A DNA stretch of 51,551 nt from positions 1-51,551 of the forward strand of contig JBPCTE010000064.1 in assembly GCA_051006495.1 (NCBI GenBank). Reading direction: 5' to 3'. Shown piece by piece: positions 17,672-27,627 of the stretch. Every line of letters begins with the position of its first letter. The first letter of the stretch is position 1. The position numbers and the translations under genes were made by a program. The DNA comes from Candidatus Planktophila sp. GTDB lineage: Bacteria; Actinomycetota; Actinomycetes; Nanopelagicales; Nanopelagicaceae. The notes under the pieces were generated by a model. It did no database searches. It saw nothing but the letters and a program-made list of their open reading frames with translations, and had not been told where the DNA came from.

Positions 17672-18252
17672 GGATTTATATCAAAATTCGGATCAACGAA
17701 AGCTAATACTTCAGGAGTTTTTGCTATCGCCTCAAGGTATTCAGCTGGTGCGTTTTGCAAGAAGTGACTCATTGGAACAATGACATACAAGGCTGCTGCT
17801 CGAACTGCAATCTCTCCATCAGGGGAATTTAAACGTCCAACTGCCGAACAATAAACTTTTCTACTTACTTGTCCAGTAATTTCAGCTGTTATAAATAACT
17901 TTGATCCCATCGGAACCGGTTTCAAGAAATCAGTTTCTAGTCGAGCCGTTACGGCTGGCGCACGCAATAGCCACATTAATTTTCCAAGTGCTTCATCAAA
18001 AGCTAATGAGAGTAAACCGCCGTGTGCAAGACCTGGGGCACCTTGGTGATTTTCTGAAACAACAAATTCGGCAGTTATATCCATAGCGTTTCCAACATGA
18101 GCAACCAAATGTAAACCTGTTGGATGTTTTTCACCGCAGCCAAAACAGTGTGCAAAGTGCGAAGGTATTTTTGAACCAGTAGCAGGAGCTTCGGGATGAC
18201 GCGCCGGGATAATTGATCCTTCAGGCGGCGTCGTACTCGCAACTCTGCTCAT
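17668..18252 (-). CDS. PaaI family (hotdog) thioesterase
   Basis: CFGCG..HP.GLHL, HQGAPGLAHGG....AFDEALG and AVTARLETDF..PVP. Confidence 0.88.
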   Translation of the reverse strand: MSRVASTTPPEGSIIPARHPEAPATGSKIPSHFAHCFGCGEKHPTGLHLVAHVGNAMDITAEFVVSENHQGAPGLAHGGLLSLAFDEALGKLMWLLRAPAVTARLETDFLKPVPMGSKLFITAEITGQVSRKVYCSAVGRLNSPDGEIAVRAAALYVIVPMSHFLQNAPAEYLEAIAKTPEVLAFVDPNFDINP

Positions 18253-18306
18253 GCATTGAGTTTACTGTGTTAGCGAGCAAATACTTAATGATGTAGCGTG
18301 GATCCC

Positions 18307-18735
18307 ATGCGATTTCGCGAAGTAATTGCTCCCCCTACATGGCTTCTGGCCTTTATTTACTTCTTATTCTCATCAATAAGTATCTCTTTGTGGGCGGCTC
18401 TTGGAAATACACCTGCGCTATGGTGTCAGATTATTTCGACAGTACTTTTAATCTATATTGCTTTTCGTTCTCGCCTGATAATCGAAATCGACGATAGCCA
18501 GCTACGAATAAATAAGGCACACATAGAATTGAAGTACTTAGGCACAGCGACAACTTTAGATACTGATCAGATGCGAAATGCCCGCGGCCGAGATGCAGAT
18601 CCATCTGCCTTTCTTGCAATTAGATTTTGGAGTCCTCGCGGAGTATTGGTAAAGGTAAAAGATTCAAGAGATGCAACTCCGTATTGGCTAATTTCATCTA
18701 AGCGTGGAGTTGAATTAGTTCAAGTGATTAATTAG
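18307..18735 (+). CDS. DUF3093 domain protein
   Basis: F.E...PP.W, two TM helices, RDADP.AF..IRFW and D..DATPYWLISS; ATG 18307 follows TAGCGT-N7. Confidence 0.85.
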   Translation: MRFREVIAPPTWLLAFIYFLFSSISISLWAALGNTPALWCQIISTVLLIYIAFRSRLIIEIDDSQLRINKAHIELKYLGTATTLDTDQMRNARGRDADPSAFLAIRFWSPRGVLVKVKDSRDATPYWLISSKRGVELVQVIN

Positions 18736-19028
18736 GCGCACTCTTTACAGATTGCTTTTGCGCCTTCGCCCTTTGATAGTTGAGTAATATGGTGCACCAA
18801 GAAACAACGCGAGCAAGTGAACTCATCGACTTGTTTTGGAACTACGCGAACAGCGAGTTCTTCACCTGATAAATCCGCGCCAGGAAGTTCAAGATTTTCA
18901 GCAGCTTCTGCTTCATCCACATCGATCTGACCGGATTGAGCATCAACTCTCTTGGCTTTTAACTCTTCTAACGACTCTTCGTGGAGTTCCTCATCGGTCT
19001 TTCTGGGGGTGTCGTAATCTGTTGCCAC
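18732..19028 (-). CDS. DUF4193 domain protein
   Basis: MATDYDTPRK...ESLEELK, LPGADLSGEEL.VRV.PKQ.DEFTCSRCFLVHH...C.EC; start at GTG 19028. Confidence 0.9.
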   Translation of the reverse strand: MATDYDTPRKTDEELHEESLEELKAKRVDAQSGQIDVDEAEAAENLELPGADLSGEELAVRVVPKQVDEFTCSRCFLVHHITQLSKGEGAKAICKECA

Positions 19029-19131
19029 TGCTCTCACCTGCCTTCGCTGGATTCGTAGGTTATTTATCGAACGGGCGCATAATCGCCTATTTCTGTGGTT
19101 ACTGCCTGTTACAACACGCCGAGAAGGGTGT

Positions 19132-20601
19132 TTATTCCTGCATAGATTGAATTTGGCGGGCTAATCCCCCGTCAACACGTGCATGTATGGAAGTACCGTC
19201 TGCAACATACTCTTCACGAAGAATTTCACCTTGTTCGTGAATAGCACTAATGAGGTCTCCTCGGTTATAAGGAATAACTACATTCACTTCAATTTTTGGT
19301 CTGGGTAAAGTTTTTTCGATGGCATGTATGAGCGCATCTATGCCAAATCCTGTCTTAACCGAGATTGCATAACTATTTGGTTCTTTACGCAAAACATCCA
19401 TGAGTACATCTTGATTGGCAGCATCTGCTTTATTTATCGCAATAATTTCCGGAACTTCGTGAGCGCCAATTTCATTAATTACAGTGCGAACTGCTCGAAT
19501 TTGTTCGAATGGATCTGCATGAGAGCCATCGACAACGTGGACTATGACATCAGCGTCAGCTACCTCTTCTAGTGTTGATTTAAAAGCATCCACTAACTGG
19601 TGTGGGAGGTGTCTAACAAATCCAACAGTGTCAGTTAACGTATACACACGTCCATCTGCTGTATGAGTTTTGCGAACAGTTGGATCTAAGGTTGCAAATA
19701 GAGCGTTCTGAACCAAGACGCCTGCGCCGGTCAATCGATTTAACAAGGAAGATTTACCAGCATTTGTATATCCAGCAATTGCTACAGAGGCGACGTTGTT
19801 TCGTCTTCGCTCCTGTCGCTTTGTATCTCGAGAAATTTTCATTTCTGCTATTTCTCGACGTAGTTTCGCCATCTTGTCTCGAATACGGCGGCGATCAGTT
19901 TCGATTTTAGTTTCGCCAGGTCCGCGACCACCAATACCCGCACCACCTGCGGCGCGTCCACCTACTTGTCGTGAAAGTGATTCACCCCAACCACGTAACC
20001 GTGGAAGTAAATATGAAATCTGCGCTAGTTCAACTTGGGCTTTGCCTTCTTTGCTCTTTGCGTGTTGGGCAAAAATATCGAGAATTAGCGCAGTTCGATC
20101 AACTACTTTTACTTTAAGTTTTCCCTCGAGTTGTTGCAATTGCGAAGGCGAAAGCTCTCCATCACAAATAACCGTATCCGCACCACTTGAAGCAACAACA
20201 TTTCGCAGCTCCTCCACTTTTCCCGAACCAATGTAAGTCGCTGGATCTGGTTTAACTCGGCGCTGAATAAAGCCATCAAGAACTTCAGATCCAGCAGTTT
20301 GCGCTAAGGCTTTCAATTCATCAAGTGAATTTTCTGCCATCTCAGCCGTACCTTCAGTCCACACTCCAACCAAAATAACTCGCTCTAATTGAAGTTCGCG
20401 ATACTCCGCATCGGAGATATCCTGCAATTGAGTTGAAAATCCCTTGACTCTACGGAGCGCGGCGCGCTCAGATACTTCAGATTGAGATGACGCTTCTAAA
20501 TCTTCTTGATCTGCGTCGTAATCAGCAGTTATTTGCGCACTTTCTCGTAATAACGCCTCAAAAGAATCGTCGCTTCTATCAATCGGAATTTCTTTACTCA
20601 T
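19132..20601 (-). CDS. hflX: GTPase HflX
   Basis: LILDIFAQHA.S.EGK.QVELAQ, GPGETKIE.DRR, GYTNAGKSSL, LFATLDPT, DTVGF and NKAD. Confidence 0.97.
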   Translation of the reverse strand: MSKEIPIDRSDDSFEALLRESAQITADYDADQEDLEASSQSEVSERAALRRVKGFSTQLQDISDAEYRELQLERVILVGVWTEGTAEMAENSLDELKALAQTAGSEVLDGFIQRRVKPDPATYIGSGKVEELRNVVASSGADTVICDGELSPSQLQQLEGKLKVKVVDRTALILDIFAQHAKSKEGKAQVELAQISYLLPRLRGWGESLSRQVGGRAAGGAGIGGRGPGETKIETDRRRIRDKMAKLRREIAEMKISRDTKRQERRRNNVASVAIAGYTNAGKSSLLNRLTGAGVLVQNALFATLDPTVRKTHTADGRVYTLTDTVGFVRHLPHQLVDAFKSTLEEVADADVIVHVVDGSHADPFEQIRAVRTVINEIGAHEVPEIIAINKADAANQDVLMDVLRKEPNSYAISVKTGFGIDALIHAIEKTLPRPKIEVNVVIPYNRGDLISAIHEQGEILREEYVADGTSIHARVDGGLARQIQSMQE

Positions 20602-21409
20602 TAAAATATGTTGCCAAATCTACTTCCCTAATTAACTCGGCAGGTCCAATCAAAGTCGCATTTGAGTGTGAATCGATATCCACTTCAAGACGACCACCTG
20701 GTGGATAAATTACCCATTTGGCAGGCAAGTTTTTATTTTTCTTAAGCGTCGCTGCGAGTGCTACAGCACAAGTGCCAGTTCCACACGACTGTGTTTCTCC
20801 GCTACCGCGTTCGAAAACTCGCATCTTTACCTCTGAATCACTAATGAACTCTACAAACTCAACATTAACGCCTTCGGGATAGCTCTCTTTAGGGCGCACA
20901 ATGGGTGCATCTTTAAGGTCACCGACTAGTTCTAAGTCATCGACGAAAACAACTGCATGCGGATTTCCTACATTGATGTTATATCCATTCCAAATGTGAC
21001 CATTTTGTGATGCTGTGACTTCTTCGGATTCATCGAAGACTTTTCCCATATTTACTGAAATGTCCCCTTCGGCAGGAACTCGTAAATGTTTAATTCCGTC
21101 TCGGGTATCTATTGCAAATATTCCTTCACCTTGGTGACCATGTGCTACTAAATACTTAGCCATGACGCGAATTCCGTTGCCGCACATTTCTGCGATAGAT
21201 CCATCTGAATTTCTGTAATCCATAAACCATCTGCCTTGGCGTTTGAGAATCCGAATTAACCCATCAGCCCCGATGCCGCTCACTCTGTTACAGATCGCCT
21301 GAGTTTGAACTGTTGTAACCGAAAGTTGATCTTCGGGATCAAAAATTATTACAAAGTCATTATGAGTTCCGTGTCCGTAAGTTGCCGGAATTGACTTTTT
21401 AATATTCAT
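20594..21409 (-). CDS. dapF: Diaminopimelate epimerase
   Basis: GHGTHNDF, GIGADG, NSDGS.AEMCGNG, GNPHAV and ERGSGETQSCGTG. Confidence 0.96.
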   Translation of the reverse strand: MNIKKSIPATYGHGTHNDFVIIFDPEDQLSVTTVQTQAICNRVSGIGADGLIRILKRQGRWFMDYRNSDGSIAEMCGNGIRVMAKYLVAHGHQGEGIFAIDTRDGIKHLRVPAEGDISVNMGKVFDESEEVTASQNGHIWNGYNINVGNPHAVVFVDDLELVGDLKDAPIVRPKESYPEGVNVEFVEFISDSEVKMRVFERGSGETQSCGTGTCAVALAATLKKNKNLPAKWVIYPPGGRLEVDIDSHSNATLIGPAELIREVDLATYFNE

Positions 21410-21438
21410 ATACGTTCTAGTTTAGTAGTTCTTCATCG

Positions 21439-22332
21439 TTAAAGTGATTCCAAAATACTTTCTAGGCGTGGTTGTTGAGTTGAAATCCACTTAATTCGCG
21501 TATCTCTAGAAAACCACGTTTCCTGACGCCGAGCATATTGGCGTGTTGCTCGCTTTGTTTCTTCAATTGCCTCCTCGAGAGATGTATCGCCCTTTAGGTG
21601 CGAAATTACTTGAGAATAACCAAGAGCCCTCTGAGCTGTTCTACCTTCGAGTAAGCCTTTGTCGATGAGCATTTGAACTTCTGAAACTAAACCGTTCTCG
21701 AACATCGAATTAACGCGAACGTCAATTCTTTCTGACAATAAGTCGCGATTCATTACCAACCCAAATTGGCGAGCGTTCGGATATCTGATGCTATCTTCTC
21801 TTGGTAAGTTTGCTGTGAATGGTTTTCCAGTAATTTCAATCACTTCAAGTGCTCTAATGATCCTGCGCAGGTTGGCCCGATCAATAGCGAGTGCTGCTGC
21901 TGGATCGAGTCTTTCTAATCGTTCAAACATCGCATCAATTCCGAGTTCTTCCGCTTCCCTATTTAGAGTATGCCTAACCATTGGATCGGTATCTGGAAAA
22001 TTAAGCTCGTCAATCACGCTTTTGATATACAAGCCCGTGCCGCCAACGATCACAACATTTTTTCCGCGAGAGTGAATTTCATCAATTACTTCCCGTGCTT
22101 CACTCTGGTACCAGGCAACAGTTGCATCCTGATTTACATCTAATACATCCAACATATGATGAGCAATGCCTTGGCGTTGTTCATGGGAGATTTTCGCTGT
22201 ACCGATATCCATACCGCGATAAACCTGCATGGAGTCGGCATTAATTACTTCCGCATCAATGGCTTGAGCTAGATCAATACTTAGAGCGCTCTTACCACTT
22301 GCGGTTGCACCTGCAATTACTACGAGTTTCAT
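21439..22332 (-). CDS. miaA: tRNA dimethylallyltransferase
   Basis: [32 protein letters not shown] and [11 protein letters not shown]. Confidence 0.97.
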   Translation of the reverse strand: MKLVVIAGATASGKSALSIDLAQAIDAEVINADSMQVYRGMDIGTAKISHEQRQGIAHHMLDVLDVNQDATVAWYQSEAREVIDEIHSRGKNVVIVGGTGLYIKSVIDELNFPDTDPMVRHTLNREAEELGIDAMFERLERLDPAAALAIDRANLRRIIRALEVIEITGKPFTANLPREDSIRYPNARQFGLVMNRDLLSERIDVRVNSMFENGLVSEVQMLIDKGLLEGRTAQRALGYSQVISHLKGDTSLEEAIEETKRATRQYARRQETWFSRDTRIKWISTQQPRLESILESL

Positions 22333-23750
22333 GCCCGCACAGTGGGGATTCCGAGTGAAACTCCCTTTGAAGTATTTTCTCGCGTACGTATTTCGTAAGC
22401 ATCTCCACCACGAGTTGCGATGGTCTTCAATTCATCTCCAATTAAGTAATGCGCTGAAGCATCGGTTATTTGCACATCAACAAAATCCCCTGCCCGGGCA
22501 ATACTTCTATTAGCAAAATGAACTAATCGGAAATCTTCGCTCTTGCCAGTAAGTCGAGACTCTCGAGCATCGCGACGACCTTCATATTCGCCAACCAACA
22601 ACCGCATCTTCTTTCCTATCGCGAGTTGATTCACACCAAGTGAAATTAGTTGTTGATGTTCGTGTAATCGCGTGTAGCGCTCTCCAACTATTTCGGTTGA
22701 AATTTGATCGGGCATTGAAGCAGCCGGAGTGCCCGGGCGAATCGAATATTGATAGGTGTAAGCCGCCGCAAATTGAGCAGTAGTACACAAATCCAACGTC
22801 GCCTGAAAATCTTCTTCAGTTTCACCCGGAAATCCCACAATTATGTCCGTAGTAATTGATGCATTTGGTATGGCTCGTCGTACATTTTCTAATATATGTA
22901 AATAGCGATCGGTGCGGTACGAACGACGCATGTTCTGCAAAACGCGATCTGAACCTGACTGTAATGGCATGTGTAGATGCGGCATAACATTATGAGTTTC
23001 CGCCATTGCCTCAATTACGTCATCCGTGAAATCTCGTGGGTGTGGTGACATAAAACGAACTCGCTCAAGTCCTTCAATATCTCCGCATTTGCGAAGTAGT
23101 TTTGCAAATGCTTGACGATCGCCGAAATCTACACCGTAAGCATTTACATTTTGACCGAGCAATGTAATTTCAATAACGCCTTGCTCCACCAAAGCGCGAA
23201 CTTCTCGCAAAATATCATCTTCCGTACGATCTTTTTCTATGCCGCGTAGAGTTGGAACAATACAAAATGTGCATGTGTTGTTGCATCCAACTGAAACGGA
23301 AACCCAGGCGGAAAAAGCTGATAGACGGCGAGCCGGCAGTGTTGAAGGAAAATGTTCGAGGGCTTCTTTGATTTCAATTTGAGATTCTTCTTCGATTCTT
23401 GCGCGTTCAAGTAGCGTTGGGAGCGAGCCAACGTTATGAGTCCCGAAAACCACATCAACATATGGAGCTTTCTTTAATATTACTGATTGATCTTTCTGCG
23501 CTAAACATCCGCCAACGGCAATTTGCATTCCTGGATTGAGTTTCTTAATTGGAGCTAAGAAACTGAGATTTCCATATAGTTTGTTATCTGCATTTTCGCG
23601 GACTGCGCACGTATTAAAGACAACTACATCGGCTTGTTCACCATCTTTGACGGGAATGTAACCTGCTTCATCTAGGAGCCCAGCTATTCGCTCGGAGTCG
23701 TGAACATTCATCTGACATCCGTAGGTTTCAACGGAATATGTGCGCTCCAT
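22329..23750 (-). CDS. miaB: tRNA-2-methylthio-N6-dimethylallyladenosine synthase
   Basis: [21 protein letters not shown], radical [21 protein letters not shown] and [10 protein letters not shown]. Confidence 0.97.
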   Translation of the reverse strand: MERTYSVETYGCQMNVHDSERIAGLLDEAGYIPVKDGEQADVVVFNTCAVRENADNKLYGNLSFLAPIKKLNPGMQIAVGGCLAQKDQSVILKKAPYVDVVFGTHNVGSLPTLLERARIEEESQIEIKEALEHFPSTLPARRLSAFSAWVSVSVGCNNTCTFCIVPTLRGIEKDRTEDDILREVRALVEQGVIEITLLGQNVNAYGVDFGDRQAFAKLLRKCGDIEGLERVRFMSPHPRDFTDDVIEAMAETHNVMPHLHMPLQSGSDRVLQNMRRSYRTDRYLHILENVRRAIPNASITTDIIVGFPGETEEDFQATLDLCTTAQFAAAYTYQYSIRPGTPAASMPDQISTEIVGERYTRLHEHQQLISLGVNQLAIGKKMRLLVGEYEGRRDARESRLTGKSEDFRLVHFANRSIARAGDFVDVQITDASAHYLIGDELKTIATRGGDAYEIRTRENTSKGVSLGIPTVRA

Positions 23751-23772
23751 GAGCTAATCCTATTGCCACTCT

Positions 23773-24513
23773 TTAGAGAGCAACCACCTCAACGGCAAAG
23801 CTGGCGCGATCAATGACCAGCATGTGGTGGTTTGGAAGAACTTTCCATCCTGGCTGATTCCATCCAGTAGATGCAACTAAAACTCCCTGCGAATCGGCCT
23901 TATATTTCAATTCGTAGTAATCATCCGGCGCCCAATCCGGTGCACGTTCGGGATGATGTTCGCAAATAATCACCCACTGCTTTTCATTCATAATCATCGC
24001 ATTGATGCTTGAGTAATCTATATTTTTACGGATGTAATTAGCCGCTTGTTTGCATCCTTGAACAAAACCGAGTTCTTTTATCTTGGTAAGAACAAAATAG
24101 AAATATCGCTCGCTATCAGTATCTCCCTGAATTAGCGGGATCAAATTTGGTTCAATAACTGATTCAAGCGCAGCTGGTGGATATGTCGCACCGTTATGAA
24201 TAAAGGAAATATCTTCATATGCAAATGGATGGGTGTTATTTTCACTTACAGGCAATCCAGCTGTCGCCCATCGAAGATGAAGCAGAGCTCCATCGGAGAT
24301 CGAATCTGCGATCGCCTTAGAAAATTTATCGCTAGTACCTGCTGCCTCTGGTGCACGACGCACATGTGCAACGCTTTGTTCATGTTCAATCGTTGCAACA
24401 CCCCAACCATCGCAATGAACTGAGGACAGAGTTACGAACTCCGAGAAATCTGGTCCTACTGCCGAGTAGAAATCTTGTTTTTCATGCGACACGTAACCCA
24501 ATAATCGGCACAT
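23773..24513 (-). CDS. Class II (Ntn) glutamine amidotransferase, YafJ/EgtC/DUG3-like
   Basis: N-terminal MCRLLGY (Cys2 nucleophile), H.DGWG, HLRWAT, NTHPF, FIHNG and GDTDSERYF. Confidence 0.9.
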   Translation of the reverse strand: MCRLLGYVSHEKQDFYSAVGPDFSEFVTLSSVHCDGWGVATIEHEQSVAHVRRAPEAAGTSDKFSKAIADSISDGALLHLRWATAGLPVSENNTHPFAYEDISFIHNGATYPPAALESVIEPNLIPLIQGDTDSERYFYFVLTKIKELGFVQGCKQAANYIRKNIDYSSINAMIMNEKQWVIICEHHPERAPDWAPDDYYELKYKADSQGVLVASTGWNQPGWKVLPNHHMLVIDRASFAVEVVAL

Positions 24514-24548
24514 TTATCGTCAAACCCCTGTCGCTCAGGTCACACTAT

Positions 24549-24637
24549 GAGGTAGAAAGAGTACCTCGGTGCCCCGCACCGAACCAGCACCACCTTATTT
24601 AAGCCGCCCGGTTTAAATATGAAGAGGCTTTAGGAGG
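24549..24637 (+). promoter_or_regulatory. Structured 5' leader (three hairpins) of the amino-acid/amine permease; candidate cis-regulatory RNA
   Basis: GAGGTA/TACCTC, TCGGTGC/GCACCGA and TATTTAAGCC/GGTTTAAATA stems, followed by SD AGGAGG and a TTG start. Confidence 0.45.
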
Positions 24638-24645
24638 CGTAAGAC

Positions 24646-26187
24646 TTGTCAAATTTACAAGATGACGAAAAACGTTTAGCTGCACTTGGTTACAAGCAGG
24701 AGCTCAATCGTTCATGGAGTGGATTTTCTAACTTCGCGATTTCTTTCTCAATCATTTCTATCCTTGCGGGTTGCTTTACAACATTTGCGCAAGCATGGAA
24801 TAACGGTGGACCAGTTGCGATCTCAATCGGGTGGCCATTAATTTCGACTTTCATTCTAATTATCGGTTTTTGTATGTCCGAGCTCGCCTCTGCATATCCA
24901 ACTTCTGGTGGAATTTACTGGTGGGCTTCCAAGCTCGGCGGGGCAAAAGCAGGTTTCTACACTGGCTGGTTAAACCTTATAGGTCTTGTAGCTGTTGTTG
25001 CATCAGTGGGATACGGCGCTGCATCTTTCCTCAACATCATTTTGGGTGCGCAGTGGCCTAGTTACGCCACCTCTTTTATGGGTGGGGATTACATCAAACA
25101 GCAATTCGCGCTCTTCTTATTAATCATTATTTTGGTAACGCTAATAAATATCTTTAGCGGCCACCTTTTAGCAATGATTAATAACATCTCCGTATGGTGG
25201 CACGTATTTGGTGCAGCTCTTGTAATTGGCATCTTGCTCGTAGTCCCAGAAAAACACCAGAGTGTCTCTTGGATGTTTACCGAACGTATTAATAACTCCG
25301 GATTTAGCGATAACTCATTCTGGATTTATGTTCTACCACTTGGCTTCTTACTAACCCAGTACACAATTACTGGTTTTGATGCATCGGCTCACTTGTCCGA
25401 AGAGACTCACACCGCGCATATGTCTGCTGCCAAAGGAATTTGGAAATCTATTTTCTACTCTGCAATTGGTGGCTATATATTGTTGATGGCATTCCTCTTT
25501 GCGGCTACAAATACAGATGTTATTAACTCATTTGACCCTGCCGTAAACCCATTCGGTGGAGGTTCCATCATTGCAGTTCTTTATACAGCCCTTGGAGGCG
25601 GTCTAGCTTTCAAAACAGTTATGGTAATTACAACAGTTGGACAAATTTTCTGTGTGGCAGCTTGTCTAACATCATGCTCACGCATGATGTTTGCATTCTC
25701 ACGAGATGGCGCCATTCCAGGTGGTGAGCGTTGGAAGAAAGTTAACAAGCATCGTGTTCCTGTTAACGGTGTTCTAATGTCAGCATTCGTAGGCGTTCTT
25801 ATTACCTTGCCAGCTCTATGGAAGAGTCCAACTGGTGCACCAACGGCTTTTTATGCTGTTGTATCCGTGTGCGTAATTGGTCTTTATCTCGCCTTCATGA
25901 TTCCAATTTATCTTCGATTAAAAGCAGGAGATAAATTTGTTGCTGGTGAATGGACTAATGGCAAAAAATATAAGTGGATGAATACAATTGCGGTTGCTGA
26001 AATCGTAATAATTTCTATCTACTTCATATTGCCTTTCTCACCTGCAGGAACTCCAGGAAATAAAGACTTCACTTGGACTGCGGTTAACTACGCACCAATA
26101 TTGACTGGAGGAGCTCTGATATTCCTTTGGATCTGGTGGCACTTGTCAGTTAAGAAATGGTTCACGGGACCAAAAACAACTATCTGA
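24646..26187 (+). CDS. APC superfamily amino acid/amine permease
   Basis: LGYKQEL.R..SGFSNFAISFSIISILAG, ELASAYPTSGGIYWW, YTITGFDASAHLSEET and RMMFAFSRDG; about 12 TM helices. Confidence 0.93.
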   Translation: MSNLQDDEKRLAALGYKQELNRSWSGFSNFAISFSIISILAGCFTTFAQAWNNGGPVAISIGWPLISTFILIIGFCMSELASAYPTSGGIYWWASKLGGAKAGFYTGWLNLIGLVAVVASVGYGAASFLNIILGAQWPSYATSFMGGDYIKQQFALFLLIIILVTLINIFSGHLLAMINNISVWWHVFGAALVIGILLVVPEKHQSVSWMFTERINNSGFSDNSFWIYVLPLGFLLTQYTITGFDASAHLSEETHTAHMSAAKGIWKSIFYSAIGGYILLMAFLFAATNTDVINSFDPAVNPFGGGSIIAVLYTALGGGLAFKTVMVITTVGQIFCVAACLTSCSRMMFAFSRDGAIPGGERWKKVNKHRVPVNGVLMSAFVGVLITLPALWKSPTGAPTAFYAVVSVCVIGLYLAFMIPIYLRLKAGDKFVAGEWTNGKKYKWMNTIAVAEIVIISIYFILPFSPAGTPGNKDFTWTAVNYAPILTGGALIFLWIWWHLSVKKWFTGPKTTI

Positions 26188-26188
26188 T

Positions 26189-26241
26189 CTAAAAAAAGAA
26201 CTCCCCCTCATCCGCGAGATGAGGGGGAGTTCTTTTTTTAG
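26189..26241. terminator. Strong, symmetric intrinsic terminator
   Basis: 24-bp perfect inverted repeat CTAAAAAAAGAACTCCCCCTCATC-cgcga-GATGAGGGGGAGTTCTTTTTTTAG with A7/T7 tracts. Confidence 0.9.
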
Positions 26242-26265
26242 CCTATAAGTGGAATACTCACGGTT

Positions 26266-27624
26266 ATGAGCTCACTATCAATTGAAGAATTAACCGCTGC
26301 AATTCAATCAGGTGCTATCGACACAGTTGTCGTGGCAATGACGGATATGCAAGGCCGACTAACTGGTAAAAGAATTCATGGAGAACACTTTCTTAATGAA
26401 GTCCTAGCCCACGGAACAGAAGGATGTAACTACCTTCTTGCTGTCGATGTTGATATGAATACAGTTCAGGGTTATGAAATGTCATCCTGGGAACGAGGTT
26501 ATAGTGACTTTGAACTCTCACCAGATTTCAACACACTTCGCCTAATTCCTTGGCAAGAAGGTGCTGCTCTCGTTCTGGCAGATGTGCAGTGGCTAGATCA
26601 CTCGCCAGTTGTTGCATCACCTCGCCAAATTCTGCGAAAGCAGATTGCTGAACTAGAAAAAGCAGGAATGAAAGCAATGTGTGGCACCGAACTGGAATTT
26701 GTAGTCTATAAAGATTCTTACGAAGAGGCTTGGAACAAGGCTTACCGGGATTTAACTCCCGTGAATCAATACAACGTGGATTACTCAATCCTCGGTGGAT
26801 CGCGAATCGAGCCACTGCTTCGTGAGATTCGACTTGGAATGTCCGCAGCTGGAATGACAGTTGAATCCGTAAAGGGTGAGTGCAATCTTGGTCAACATGA
26901 AATTGCATTTAAGTACTCAGACGCACTTTCAAATTGCGATCAGCATGTTATTTACAAAAATGGTGCCAAAGAGATTGCAGCAGAAGCTGGTTATGCGCTG
27001 ACGTTCATGGCAAAACCAAATGAGCGTGAAGGTAACTCTTCACATATTCATCTATCTTTCCGTGGGCTAAATGATGAATTGGTCATGACTGATGAATCCG
27101 ATAAAGAACATGGCATGTCAGAACTTGGTCGCCAATTCATCGCCGGTCAATTAACTCACATGCGCGAACTTTCACTTCTCTTTGCGCCAAATATCAATTC
27201 TTACAAACGCTACGTACCTGGATCATTTGCTCCAACTGCTATTCGTTGGGGGCGAGATAACCGAACTTGCGCATTCCGCTTAGTTGGACGTGGAGCTGGA
27301 TTACGTCTTGAAAACCGTATTCCGGGAGGCGATGTAAATCCGTACCTTGCAGTTGCAGGAATTATTGCTGCAGGTCTTGATGGAATTAATCAAAAGATGA
27401 AACTAGAGCCAGCTTTTGCAGGCAATGCGTATGTTTCTGATTCTCCACGTGTACCTTCAACCATGAATGAAGCTCTCGAACTTTGGGAGAAGAGCGCGTG
27501 GGTTAAGCAAACTTTCGGCGAAGAAGTTCAAGCCCACTATGCAAATATGGCTCGCGTTGAAATTGCTGCGTACGGCAAGGCAGTAACTGATTGGGAATTA
27601 TTCCGAAACTTCGAAAGGTTTTAA
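26266..27624 (+). CDS. glnA4: Glutamine synthetase-like gamma-glutamyl-amine ligase (GlnA4 type)
   Basis: DMQGRL.GKR, GTEGCNYLLAVDVDM......SSWERGY, KGECNLGQHEI, TFMAK, GNSSHIH, NSYKR and ENRIPGGDVNPYL; followed by ALDH and SDR as in Rv2860c/Rv2858c/Rv2857c. Confidence 0.88.
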   Translation: MSSLSIEELTAAIQSGAIDTVVVAMTDMQGRLTGKRIHGEHFLNEVLAHGTEGCNYLLAVDVDMNTVQGYEMSSWERGYSDFELSPDFNTLRLIPWQEGAALVLADVQWLDHSPVVASPRQILRKQIAELEKAGMKAMCGTELEFVVYKDSYEEAWNKAYRDLTPVNQYNVDYSILGGSRIEPLLREIRLGMSAAGMTVESVKGECNLGQHEIAFKYSDALSNCDQHVIYKNGAKEIAAEAGYALTFMAKPNEREGNSSHIHLSFRGLNDELVMTDESDKEHGMSELGRQFIAGQLTHMRELSLLFAPNINSYKRYVPGSFAPTAIRWGRDNRTCAFRLVGRGAGLRLENRIPGGDVNPYLAVAGIIAAGLDGINQKMKLEPAFAGNAYVSDSPRVPSTMNEALELWEKSAWVKQTFGEEVQAHYANMARVEIAAYGKAVTDWELFRNFERF

Positions 27625-27627
27625 TAA

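Noticed and set aside
19029-19131. Possible sRNA or regulatory element in the hflX-DUF4193 gap
   Set aside because: No convincing stem or recognisable motif; consistent with an ordinary promoter and UTR.
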